Part shown: positions 37,322 to 50,609 of the stretch, one piece after another | Numbering within the stretch: position 1 is the stretch's first letter | How the letters are laid out: every line of letters starts with the position of its first letter | Source: Perna viridis | Taxonomy: Eukaryota | Direction: 5' to 3' | NCBI GenBank assembly: GCA_037379345.1 | Contig: CM074512.1 | Span: 22,320,001 to 22,384,000, forward strand | DNA: 64,000 bases | Made by a program: the position numbers and the translations under genes | Notes under the pieces: generated by a model | Database searches by the model: none | Told to the model about the DNA's origin: nothing | What the model saw: only the letters and a program-made list of their open reading frames with translations

Positions 37322-38080
37322 TAGACAATAGACAATTTTATTTGCACTAACACATTTACAGTAAATGGTTATGGCATGAACAAAAACAGTACAATGTAAT
37401 ATACATTACATGTAAACATTTATGACCATGGTGTGACAGTGGTGTAAATCTGATAAAAACAGATTAATCTATAGTTATAACTTTATATATTAATATAATT
37501 TCTGTTAAATTAAATTGATCATCGATTCCAACATTCATTCATTCATGAATTTGATAGTTATTTTTAGTAATTCTATGATGGTTGGGGGTTTTTAACGACC
37601 ATGAATACCAATACAGGTCAATGTTAGTGGGTTAGTAGAACCAACTGGTGTTGGTGGCGGAGCCCAGCCTTCCGGATACCTGACCGAAGAACTGGGTCAG
37701 AGTATGTCCTACTAGTGGCTGGGCTGCTGTGTTGATGCTCTGGCCTACTCCCAGACCCCACGTGGGCCCAAGAGCATTTCTCCCCTTTAACTGTTTGGGA
37801 GTATGTCAACATGTGGAGTGTGTAATTCTATAGAGCTACTATTTAATTTATATGCTATGTCTCTTGGTGTGAGGGAGGTTTTGATGAAGAAATTAAATTA
37901 TGGTTGTCCAATTTCATTCTGTATTGATTTCTTTGCAGTGTGTAGTGGGTGCACACCAAGATGAAATGATAATCATCCCCTATGTTCCCACTGTAACATG
38001 ATTTACAAATGTATTTTTTTTTCTCTATATTTTTGTACCAACCCCTTTCTATTTCTAGTGCATGTGCACTCAAAAGAAAT
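37322..38080 (-). mobile_element. 5'-truncated LINE 3' end (ORF2 C-terminal zinc-knuckle region and tail)
   Basis: SAHALEIERGWYKNIEKKKYICKSCYSGNIGDDYHFILVCTHY..QR fits the H.L.IE.GR...C..C...(E/G)DE.HF...C..Y...R motif. The 3' tail AATAAAattgtctattgtc is at ~37322-37342. Confidence 0.7.
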
Positions 38081-41000
38081 TTACTGATGATAGATCTTTC
38101 TATTTTAGATTTACACAGTCGGTTAAAGAGCTCATAAGAGCTTGTGTTGATTTGTTAAAATGTATATATGTGCCGACTCTAAATAAAGTTTACTTACTTA
38201 CTTACACTTACTTACATAAATCAATGTATGGGGGTCTTATAGACTGAAGAATTTTACGGAAAAATAAGTTTTTCACTCATAGCTATTGAGCCTACTAAAT
38301 TTTGATTAAATTGACTGTGTATTCTTTGTTCAATTCCTTTGATATAAAATTGAAGGGTATCAAGTTGTAAGTTAAGATGACAGACCCCTTAATTTATTTA
38401 GTATATTTTATACATGGGACATCCACAAACTGTTGTTCTTAACTTCTCTGAACATTTCGTGAACTAGTGTATCAGGGGAGTTTGGTTTAGGTCATGGTCA
38501 GACAGAAAATAATAGATCAATACCCATGCCATACTAGCGAGACTCGTGAAGCAGTGTGCACTCTACAGTTTTTATATGTTTAAATAAATAGTGAAAATAC
38601 CTGTTGGGAATATCGTTAATCGAGCCATATCATAAATTTTTCTAACAAAAGGGAGATAATTGTATTTATGATTGGGGAGTTGATATTTTAGGTATCCCAA
38701 GCCCGGGCATAATATCCTCAACTTAAATTCAAGAGTTTTATTTTCGATTTTTTTTACAGATGTTTTCTCTTCCTTCATTTGAAAACTTTCACTTTATGTA
38801 GATGATAATGAAGAAAACAGCTAACAAAATATAAATTGAATTGAATATGTTTGAATGATAGGATAGGAAGCCGATATAAGTATATGGGACCAGGCCTAAA
38901 CATTTTATATTTATAAACCTCTCTTCAACTGATATGTAGAAAAAAAACTATGTTCTTCCGGTATGGGACATCAATCCAAATTCTCCCATATGCCTCCGAT
39001 GTTTAGAATTACGGCAGGGAAAACAGATTGAATCAAAACGGTTTTCAAATAATATTTGTCAAGATCCGATATACAGACCCTATGAGAGCATCACTATTAA
39101 CCCCAGAATGACAGCTGTATGGAAGTGTAGAAGGTAAATACAGAAAAAAAAACACGTTATCTCGCCACAACGAGTTATACTACACGTTTCTTGTCAAGGC
39201 GACTTTAATACGTAATTAAAATTGTGAAATAAGTTATTATTTTTTTTTCAAAACAAAAATGCTACCCCCTATGTGACGAGTGGAAAGACGACAATAAAAG
39301 TTTAATTGTATCCTTTATGAAGAAACCTGTACATTGAATTATTAAAGTCAATTTGTCGGGTTTAAATTAATAGTACAAAATGATTTCAATCGTAGATGCC
39401 ACTCAGAATGACATTAGGGTGGGATAGATAAACAGACACGGATATTATTACCTCGCATGCAACCTCATGTAATTTATTTAGAAATTTAAAAAAAAAAATG
39501 GAATTTAATTTTGGTTTAGGATACTGATAGAGACGCGCATATTGTCGGTTTATGTCTGGGCAAGTGTACAAACGTTGTCTTTTTTGTTCTTCAAAACTCA
39601 GATTTTCACGGTTTCCACAACTTCTTACATGCATGAATTTTCATGACACGCACGTAGATCGACGTTAGATGTGCATATTGTCAAACATTTATATTGTAAA
39701 AATGGTGACTGAACTTTGCCTTTTTTTAACAATTGAAAACTTGGGACATGTATCATGCGTTTTCCTCGAAAAGACACTTACAGATCAAATCTTACTTGTT
39801 GAAAATAAATAGAAGATCGCGGGAACGATAAAGAGAAAAAAAAGATTTATTAAAGAGGTCGCCCATCACAAAAAGTAATATTTTTCTTTGATGACAAGCG
39901 ACATATACATTGATCAAAAATGTATCACATTTTCAAAAAACAAAACAAGGAAATGTACGTCAAACACCATTTCATTTGTGTGTGAAGATCTGCTACCATT
40001 GTTCCCACAATAAACACCGTCCCCAGTTGACAAAGGGGTGTTAGTGTTATCTTTGTTACAAAAGGAAAAGATCAGTTTTGTAGATTTCAGTTCATAATTT
40101 CCGGAAAAGACTCAAATAACAAATGTAATATTTACAGGTCTTCATTTCTCAAAACTTTAATATTTTACATCAGGTTTCTAATTATTATGATAAAAATATA
40201 AACTGTCATGCAATAAAACAAAATGAAGTAATGTAACAGCAACCATGCACCATACGCTCTGCACCCAACTAATTAAAATCATTGAAAGAATGTTTCCTTT
40301 TTTTAGTTTTCATTTATTATCATATACAAATGTATAAAGACCAAGTCAGTAAACAGGCACCCCATTAACAACTTGTATTTGATTGACTTCATGGATCGGG
40401 GGTTATTAATGCTTCAGTAAGTAATGTTAAACAGCAAAAAACAAACAAACAAACAAACAAAGACAATACACAAAAAACAAAATTTAGAAAACAACGACAA
40501 TACCAATAATAAACAAACAATTACCAACTAATTTGATAGAATTGAATAAAAAAATACAACACATTGCAGAAAACACTCATGACAGCAGTTTAAAAATGGT
40601 TCGTATATTTAATTTTCCAATAAATGCATCAGTTCCTGTTTGGTTTCTAATGCTAACCAAATAATCGATTCTCCCAGTAGAACATTCCTTTCTCAGTGCG
40701 AGGCTTCATTGATTTTCCCTTATATTCACCGCGCCAAGACAGTAAGCTAATATCATCAATATTTGATTGATCGGTTTAGGAAAATAGCAATAGTTTTTAC
40801 GACCTTGCAGTGACGCAGGTTTAAGGGAAATGCCGAAGTAAATGCCAGACTTAACATGTTACATTTGTAATAAAATGGAATGAGATCCGTAAAAGAACGA
40901 ATAAGGTAGGGTAAATTGAATTCCATAAGTTTAACTTGAAGTACAGAAGATTAAACAAATTGCGAACAAGTCCCAATCGCTTTCATGTCCGATTATTTTG

Positions 41001-41188
41001 TGATTCCTAGGCAAGAAACAGGAACCAGTCGAGGACAACATTACACTTTTACCTTATTTTCTTTTATATACAGTCAGGTAAACAGTCAACTTACTTTGAT
41101 GGTGTTATGGTATACTTCTTCTTGCCGTATAATTATGTACACCATTTAATTTCATTCCAGAAATCAGTTAAATTAGCTGTTCCAAGCA

Positions 41189-42424
41189 ATGTTGAGGGCC
41201 GTGTTAACAGCAGTTTATGTTGTGTCCGGTGTCCATATATTTCTAGGAATTTTGAGTGTGTGTTTGGGAGTAGTGTCTAGCATACGTTCTGAGGTGTGGT
41301 TGGCTCACAGTGTATCACCTATATGGAGTGGTGGCTTTGTAAGTACTAAGTTATATTCATCTTACTAGAAGTACCATTTTGGAAATGCATAACTATATGA
41401 TTTTAGTACTTTTACAACCCGCAATGCCTCGAGGTTTTCCATTATTAATTCATTAAGAAAAACTTATTCTTTTACTGGTAGAGGTGTCTGAACTTGGTTG
41501 TTTAATCTTTTTCTGTAAACATTACATACTTCAAATAACTTTCAGTTAAACTAATGGTTATGACAAGATTTGGTTTCTATTACAGTTCATCATTACTGGA
41601 CTTATTGGAATATTGTGTGCAAAAAGAAAGACATCATATGTGGTAAGTAAATCCTAAAAAATTCAAGTCAATTTGTATTCTCCATTTTTCTCTACGAATT
41701 TTGACCTTGTTTTAAACCTGTATTCGTTCTTTTAGTGACGGGACTACGCTTCTGAAGAATGATTATGTCATTCAGAGTTATTTACCGTAACGAAACTTAA
41801 TAGATTTATCCTGGTGGCCTTAGTGGAAAAATTGATAATAAAACATTTGAAATTACATATATTGTATAATAATGACCAGTTGTTGGAAAGTGTCGAGGGT
41901 AACAAAAAACAAAACAAAATAAATACAAATACAAATAAACAAATCATGAAGTAATAGCTCCTGTATTTCTTAAGAGAACTATGTATCTTCTTTTCGCAGA
42001 AGTGAATAAGATCAACATTAAGTTTACCATATATATCTATTTATGCTGTTGGTAAATTTTATGGCTTTATTTTTATTTTTTTTTTCAGATAATGAGCTTT
42101 ATAGCATTATCAGTAGTTTCTATAGTAACAGCTGTAGTAAGCATTCAGCTATTGCGTCTTGGACTAGTGAATCACACTACAGATGGGAAGACCTTTCAGA
42201 AAGAAAATAAGGATATTTTGATCTTGATAGCTCTAGCTGTTGCAGGAACAGAATGCATTGTGTGTATACTGTCCTCCATATTAAGTTGTAGAGTAGCCAA
42301 AATAGCTAAAGAAGAAATGTTCAAACAAAGAGAGGGAATGTTCTATGTAAAGGTACTTGGCCAAAAGGATATCGTTGTAGTTACTAAACCACTGTTAACA
42401 AGAGACGAAAATATTGCACTGTGA
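41189..42424 (+). CDS. TMEM196: Transmembrane protein 196-like (CD20/MS4A-like four-TM fold), 3 exons, 180 aa
   Basis: Exons 41189-41338, 41586-41642 and 42089-42424 are GT-AG, phase 0. Protein MLRAVLTAVYVVSGVHIFLGILSVCLG...SVSPIWSGGFFIITGLIGILCAKRKTSYVIMSF...IQLLR...LSSILSCRVAKIAKEEMFKQRE matches the TMEM196 motifs SPVWSG, GILCAKKK, LSSWLTCRLA and MFSERE (from memory). Confidence 0.85.
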
Positions 42425-42572
42425 TGTCCCGATTGTTGATATACATATCAAGACTTTTATGATTCAAATAAATCGTCTTCACTTCAGTTTATAGATATTA
42501 TTTACCATCCAATGAATCGACAATTTATAGTATCAATTCTTGTATCAAGTGTATAAGAAAAAACAAAGCAAA

Positions 42573-42604
<32 letters not shown>

Positions 42605-42999
42605 AAAGCCCCAAAAAAAACCAACGAAAGCAGAGGAACGAAAAGAAAACAAGTTAGTATTAGCGTTTCCTAATTCCTACGCATATATTACAATAGGGAT
42701 TCAGAATGTTTCGAAATAACCCATCGTATCACATAACCATAGCTACCATATAGCTCATTATGTGTAACTGCGTTTATGTCAGTATTAAAATAAAGTATGT
42801 AGCACACTTTGTTGTACGCTTGTATCCTCTTGCTTTGTTTTTGTTCATTTTTGTGTGTGTTTAATTACCAGGAGGAAATTTATTTCTCTACATCGTTTAA
42901 TGAAGACGAGTGATGTAAAGGAAAACAATCTCAACTTTATTGACCAGGAGCTCGGGTTTCTGACGAGGAGATTTGTACTGTACCATTATTACATTTCAG

Positions 43000-43818
43000 G
43001 TTGTCTTTTTCTGTCACTTACTAATTTGATTCGCGATTCCAAATTTCACCTTGATGCCCGGTATTCATGCGAACCAATACAATCGGCCTGTCTATAAATA
43101 TAGTTTCATTATTATCCTCACTGTCCAAAGTCATTTATAAAACTTTTTAACTGCCCAGTCAAGGCTGATAATTTAAATATTTAAAACAAATGACGAGAGA
43201 AATTGTTTTTCGAAAACACCGTTTTTCCTAAACTTGAGCAAAAACTCAAAGAAGATTGTTAATAATTGGAGTTGTATTGTACTGTTTAATTGTGTGAATG
43301 TCGAGCTTTATGCAAACGTATATTTACTCAACTTATTTCTGAAAAAAAAAACGATGGAGCGACAAACCTGTATCAGAACACACACGAAATGAAGTAAGTA
43401 TTTCCATAGCACTTTGTTGATATATTACAGTACCTGCTTGTGTGCAATGTTATGTATCTATCCTATACCTTATTTGCTTTTTTTGTTACCCATACTATAA
43501 GGTAAATATATATATATATATATCTTTTTACTATTCGAATCTAATAATGCGACTCGTCAATCTGATACTGGATACAAATCCAATTTTAAGACAAACAGTT
43601 TCTTTCTTTTGGTTTCAATTTTTAATGTTCCTTTTAAATCATTGCAGAAAGACACAAATGAAGACGACATTGATGATACTACTGAAGTATCACAGAGGGA
43701 TAGTGGCATCGAACATTCATTAGAACTAACTGATGTCACTGTGGACATTAGATCATCGCAGACTTTTAGCAACATATCTTTCATAAAGGATGAAGGACAA
43801 AGTGTAAGTCCAGATTAA
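43000..43818 (+). pseudogene. Degenerate membrane-protein coding remnant with an intact acidic terminal exon (possibly XK-related)
   Basis: AKTQRRLLIIGVVLYCLIV*MSSFMQTYIYSTYF*KKKRWSDKPVSEHTRNE|gtaagt (43394) splices in phase 0 to ttgcag|KDTNEDDIDDTTEVSQRDSGIEHSLEL...SPD* (43648-43818). An LFFENTVF motif lies upstream in another frame. Confidence 0.35.
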
Positions 43819-43959
43819 AACGTGCAATTTTGTTCAAGGAAGAAATATATCTTTGCAAGCATTAAAAACCATCGACGTTTTTTGAAGCTTTCGCAGATGA
43901 AGAATTTAATACTTAATTGAAGTTTGTCTGCACAAATATTACCTACTGCAATGATAAAC

Positions 43960-44792
43960 CAGATAGCTACATAATTATTATGTTAAACTAAATGATAAAC
44001 CAAATACCCGCGGATGACATTAAACTGCACATGTATGTGCAATGGACCTGATAACCACGTATGACATTAAACAACTCGTGCAATGAAACAGACAGCCACG
44101 TACGACGTTAAACTACACCTGCAATGAAACAGATAGCCACGTATGACGTTAAACTACACATGTGTTATGAACCCGATAGCCATGTATGACGTTAAACTAC
44201 ACGTGCAATGACACAAAAAGCCATGTATGACTTTTATCTACACGTGCTGTGAATGAAATAGCCACGTTTAGCGTTGAATTAAACCTGCGATGAGTCAGAT
44301 AGCCACGCTTGACGTTAAACTACACATATGAACCAGATGGCAACGTTTAATGTCTAACTACACATGCAAAGAACCAGAGAGCCACGCATGACTACACGTG
44401 TGTAATGAACCAAATAGCCATGTTTAATGTTAAACTTCACGTGCAATGAAACAGATAGCCACGTATGACGTTAAACTACACGTGTTATGAAACCGATAGC
44501 AATGTATGACGTTAAACCACACGTGCAATGAAACAAAAATCCATGTATGACGTTTATCTACAGGCACAATGAATAAAATAGCCACGTTTTGCGTTGAATT
44601 ACACCTTCCATGAGTCAAATAGAGACGTTTGACGTTAAACTACACGTGCAATGAAACAGAAAGCCATGTATGACGTTTAACTACACGTGCAATCAAACAG
44701 ATTGCCACGTATGACGTTAAAGTACATATGTGTAATAAACCAGATAACCACGTATGACGTCAAACTGCACGAGTAATGAAACAGATAGCCAA
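43960..44792. repeat. 41-bp minisatellite, about 20 copies, with a ~322-bp higher-order duplication
   Basis: Consensus gatagccacgtatgacgttaaactacacgtgcaatgaaaca. The variant order in 44110-44330 recurs in 44432-44645. Confidence 0.95.
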
Positions 44793-45111
44793 TAGGAAAT
44801 TTCCGGGGTCAAATTTCAGAAAATAAAATACTACATTAAGAATCAATGACTAACTTAAATGCATTACCAGCGTGCAAAATAACTAAGTATTAGAAAATAA
44901 AAAGGAAGACAGACGTGTATATGTTTTATTTTGGAAATAATCTTTACTTAGTTTTCACGTTAAAATGGCGACAAAGAAATCAATACCATAACTCCTACTC
45001 ATTGTTAACTTCTTTCTTCAATCAAACTTTCTGAAAGTATCATTGTGAAACCAATGACATTTTGGATCTGGGGGTAACGCGCATCTCCTGACGCCCCAAC
45101 TTCATCTTTTA

Positions 45112-48100
45112 CTACGTTGCTGACATAAGCTTTGAAAACTCTACAATGTAAATAAAAGTGCATATTTTACATCGTTCATCACTTAAATAATTGGGACTAG
45201 GTTGTTCAATGGATATAAATAAGAACAAATATGACCAAACGCAACACATGCACCAGTGTATTTAATACATATAAAATAGCAAATACTTTCAGATTTCATC
45301 AAAAGGTCTTCAACAAGTGTAAATACACCTTGAAGTAAACTCAGAAAGGCTCCGACAACAGAGGTAATAAAATTCAAGTTAACAGAACCATGATACTTCT
45401 TCAAAATAAACTAAAATGTAAAATAACGACCAAAGCCACATTAATGATGACAGGCGTATGTCAGTGGTAGGGTTGAACTAGAGCCTTAAACACTCCCTTT
45501 AATATAGAGTCAAAAATGAACTGAAGCAACAAACAAACACACCATCGAATTCAATCAAAAAAACATCTAATTCTCTCCATGGAATACTTCAACATACATC
45601 ATATACTGGTTGGAAAATTAGATATACACTTAAAGAATGATTAGAAGTTTGTGATATCTGTGGAATTAGTTTTTGTTGACTCATATTAACAATACGCATG
45701 CCTTGACATTAATACCCACATTTCATTTATAGAATATTATGCAACTTTACCTGTAAAATCATAAATAAGTGAAAATTAATTTTTTTCATTCATTCAAGCG
45801 TTTTGAATTATTATTTCCGATCTAGCATGATCTAGGACTTCCAGATGTAATACTAACCCTAAACGCCATCAAAATTACAGCGGAATAAGGTTTCAAGTTT
45901 AGTTTTGCAACTAAAAACTGAATTCATCATTTAAAATAAGCCCTTGCTTTCAGGGACTGTTACTTTAATGTTTGTCTTTATTTGTAAAAGTTGTCATTTT
46001 TAATTTTTAAGATTGAACAATCAGATGATGACTTGATTATCCTGATTAACATTATTAATGAGAAATTCCGTTCTGCATATTTAATCATTGTTTTGTACTC
46101 TGTATTAGATTAAAAATAAAGGAGAGAACTCACCGACTTCCAAATATGTGTTGTTCTTGATACATGAATTCTTTCAAAGAATACATATGAATTTGAAAAG
46201 TGCTCTGTTTTGGTACTCACCCTCGTAATCAATGACACCGTCTCCACTCGTATCAGCTTCCATAATCATTTCATTGATCTCATCATCAGTCATTTTCTCA
46301 CCAAGGTTTAACAACACCATTTTTAGCTCTCTTGCTGTTATTACTCCATCCCCGTTCTTATCAAAGAATCTGAAAGTTTCCCGTATGACATCCTCGTTGT
46401 CAAGTTCGTGAAATTTCTGTGACATCATACTAAGAAATTCTGGGAAATCTATAGATCCACTACCTGATTAAAAATGAGACGTTTGTTTGCTTTGAAAAAG
46501 ATTGCAGAATATTGCATTCATTCTAAAAGACGTGTATTTATACCTTAGAATGTTTAATTGTATCTTCAGTTAAAAATACAATTAGCAATGTCACGACATA
46601 TAGTTTGAAGACACCTTTAATTGTACAGTACAAAACTGTACCTTTAATTGTACAGTACAAAACTTGAAGTTTACAACTTTCCTCACCATCGTTATCTACT
46701 GCTTCTATCATTCCATGTAATTCCGCCTCTGATGGGTTCATACCAAGTTGTAACAGTACCGTTCCGAGTTCCTTCGTTGTTATTGCTCCGTCCCCATCCT
46801 GGTCAAAGCTACTGAATACGTCCTTTAATTCTGTCCGAAGATAGACAAAGATATCGATGAACTAGGATATCTATTTCATGACGAATTAATGCGATGTATT
46901 AACTACTGTTCATTTACCAGATATGAATAGACTTGAAATATTCATCATTTTTGCTAAGCAAATTCATTTCTTCTGTTAAAATGGTTGCTGTTTTCTGTGG
47001 AAAGTTTAGAAAAATCCTCTAAGAGTAATCAAGGGAACTATGATTCCAGCGGAAATCAAAACAATGTGATACAGGGGCTAAGTCATGGAGAACAGATAAA
47101 CATAAAATAACCAAAATAATACATACAAAGTAACAGAAGTAAATGAGCAATTCGGACTCAACTAAAAACTGGGAGCATGGACCAAGTGTACCGGTAGGAT
47201 AAGCGTCCTCTGCTTTTCTAGAAACACCCGCCGATTTGTTCATAAAAAGTCAAGTCCGAGGAAGACGAAAGAGGAAAGGAAAACTATAACATGTTGAATA
47301 AATCAGTTTTCATGGCACAGATGGATACACCGTAACGATCCACGAGTTCATGATGACGACCATAAAACCTCTGTAATGATTTGTATGTATTATTTTAGTT
47401 ACTTTATGTTCTTAGCTGTGTGTCTGTCTGTTTTCCATGTCTGGTCTTTGTCCCTGGATTACATTCTTTTGATTTCCTCTAGAATTTTGGTTTTCTTGAC
47501 TACTCTTTACTACATGTATCAGTAAAATACCGTCATCAATTAGTATCTGAACATTTAAATTTTTTTTACATTTAATATACCACATGAATGAATATATGTA
47601 CATTAGCTTTTTATATGATCCTGTTGCTGCCATACATTTCAAAAAAAATATTTCAAAAATAATAATAATAAAAAATACAAAAGGTTTAAAAACATATAGA
47701 CAGTTTATTTGATAAAGAGTAATCAAGGGAACAAAGGTTATAGCGGTAATCAAAAGAATATAATCCAGGAACAAAGACCAGACATGGAAAACAGACATAC
47801 ACAACAAAGAACTTAAAGTAACTACAATCATACATACAAAGTAAGGAAGGACCGTTAATGCTTGATGGAAAATTGATTGTGAGATCATAATTAAGTTGGG
47901 ATCGCAGCATTTGAAGGCAAATAACTGTCCAAATAAAAGCTTTTTGACATGTATGTTATATAATGTGTAATTTCCATGTTTTTTTTTTACATTTTTTTCA
48001 TACATAATGGAGTATTTTTTTCAATGCCAAAAAGGTACGAAAACCAAACATGAAAAGAATAGATAAGAAATTACATCAAATGATCTATACTTAGCCTTTA

Positions 48101-49356
48101 TTGGTGAGAAACTAGATTGTTACTTCAGATACTTGCTAATTGTTCCAATTATGAATTGTAAAATGCTGGTTTCATAAAATGCTTTCTTTTCATTGTGGAA
48201 AAAAAATAATCAGTTATCAAGCAAGTTTTCAAAATCTCATATCTGATACAGTGTACACAGAGTAAATTGACATGCGTGAAAACCGATCCTTCATGATTTA
48301 TTTTGGTTACACAAAATATTTGTTGTATTGATGGGTATGATACTGCAACTCCGTTTCCCTCCTTACTTCATCACCCTAAGAATATTTACATTTTTATGAA
48401 AGAAATCTTCGTCAAAAGTACACACAGCAATATTGATAATAAGACTTTGTTTACTGGCAAATGCATACATCAGTGTTATAACATTTTCTTGTAGTTAACT
48501 ATTTTCTTAAGCCTCCTATTATTGAGTAATTACGTAACTACTAACGAATGTGATGGTATTCAAGAGAGGTTAATCATATTGTTAAAGTAATTCGCAGTTA
48601 ACTGTTCTATTCAATCTTTGATGTTCATTACATACTTAACATAATATGGTTTTAGTCGATTGACAGGTTGTGATGTCATAATTAGATCTGTTGGACATAC
48701 TTTAAAGCAATCCGCCATATGGAACACGAGAAGAAATTTCACTTTAGGGCATTAGAAGTGAAAAAAGTTTGTATCTTATATCTACATGACATACAAAGTC
48801 CACTATATGGTCCAATCAAATGACGTTTAGTCTATCTTTAGTCTGTTCTATTATTTTCTTAGCTTCATCATATAAAGCACTACAGCATTAATGGCATATA
48901 ATTTCATACATCATTACGCAATTAAGTATCATTTCAGAGTAACTTACCTGATATTTTCTCTTCATCCAAATCGTACTAAAACGAAAAGAAAAAAACCTAC
49001 TTACATCCTATAAATCGTGTTCACTCTACATTTTTTGATATTGGAAATTGATACTCTATGTCGATCAAAATCAGGTTTCATGATGGTGAAATGTAAAATT
49101 GAACATGTTGCTTAAATATTTCTAAGTTTTTCTGCACACTAAAACAAGCAAAGAAAGGAAACAACCTAACCATTACTTACATCCACTCAAAAATGATTAA
49201 AAAAAGAATAACAAAAAAGGAAAAGGAGAAGTATATTTAATCGTAAGAGAAATTAGCCATAAAACGGATACAGAAAATACTCATTTCAATTCTGCTTAAG
49301 GGGTGAAAATAAGAAAAATACAACGAAAACGATACAATCATACTTACATAAGACAT
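45112..49356 (-). CDS. Calmodulin-like protein, paralogue A (4 EF-hands, 150 aa)
   Basis: Exons 49356-49348, 48975-48948, 46830-46687, 46463-46221 and 45140-45112. Protein [150 protein letters not shown]. Poly(A) signal at ~44926-44931. Confidence 0.93.
47019..47845. mobile_element. Penelope-like 3' terminal repeat copies in an inverted arrangement
   Basis: 47019-47378 (minus) is homologous to 12770-13060. It is followed directly by an inverted copy of the extreme tail (47381-47508) and another minus copy (47715-47845). Confidence 0.65.
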
Positions 49357-50609
49357 CGTTTGAGAATGAAGAATAAAGCCTCCCAGCAATTGTTGACAAC
49401 ATTGATGCATTAATAATCACATATGCTGGTGGTCTGCATCAAATTGCTGGTCAAGCTATGTTAGCATAACACTTCGGACGAGCAAAACAAATAGCCAATT
49501 AACCATAGCATGTTTATATGCCCTCTAATTACAGCCATGATTTATATATTAAGTCACCTTACTATCAGCGTGTCGACAGTTATCAATAATGTTTGATGAC
49601 TGGCCAAAATAGTGTTTTATTGCGATTTTTGCAAATCTTATGCAGTTTACCAGTATATGTCAACTATGCTGAATAAGCAATGTTTTTATTGTCGAACGGC
49701 GACACATTATTTCTGATACATTAAATAATGGTCTGACACTAAATACTAGAAGCTTTACCCAGTTTTCTCTGTGTTATTAAAAACAAAACAAAAACCAAAA
49801 AAAAATTCTTGCATTAATATGGTGATTATTGCAAATCATAATTAGATCTTTCTGTTATCACAAATGCTTATTTTATATTTGCTTTGCTATGCTTACGAAA
49901 TCAACCCCATAATTTAAAATGAGTGGACTTTCCATACTTTCAAGTCTTTATTGTTTGATATCTACTATGGCAATTATAATTTCTGTGCTTGTTGCTTTTA
50001 CTATTTGTAACCATTATAATACATTGCATCTGGAATGTGCAATTAAGTTTAACTCAATACACAAATATTTTTTTTTCATTTTTATTTGACGTAATGTGTT
50101 GTATGATGAAGTACATACAATGTTATAAGTTGGGATAATAATTACCAACGCAGACTGGTAAATACGCAGAATTACTATATTGCTATGTCAAAAATAATTA
50201 CAACTTTGAAATGTAACCAAACAAAACATAAGATGAATGAAATCATGTCACCGTGCAATGTATTGGGTGGGTGACTGGTAACAGATGACTTTGACAAAGA
50301 TGTAAGTTCCACAAAGATTCAACAGAACAAGCAAACGGCGTCCAGAAACATTCTTACTCGGGCATGCTTTTTCTGGACGCGGTTTCAGTAACCATCTCAA
50401 ATTAAGGTTTTCGAAATCTATACTTTAACCAAGTTTTAACAAACTAAAGTCATATATACGTAAACTTGAACTATGATGTCCTTTTTAGATGAATGAAACA
50501 CTATATGTATTGCACCTTTAAAGTGCATTAAGTATAATGGCAAAATTGTACATCTTATAAGATCAACATGGTCTATTCCGTTCTCCAGATAACGTAAGCA
50601 TACAGTTCT

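Noticed and set aside
43960-44792. CRISPR-like array
   Set aside because: Units are contiguous diverged tandem repeats with no unique spacers; the context is eukaryotic and there are no cas genes.
47412-48005. 197-aa hydrophobic ORF (and the 47019-47243 and 47686-47910 ORFs)
   Set aside because: They run through T-rich Penelope-like tails inside a CaM-like intron and show no domain features.
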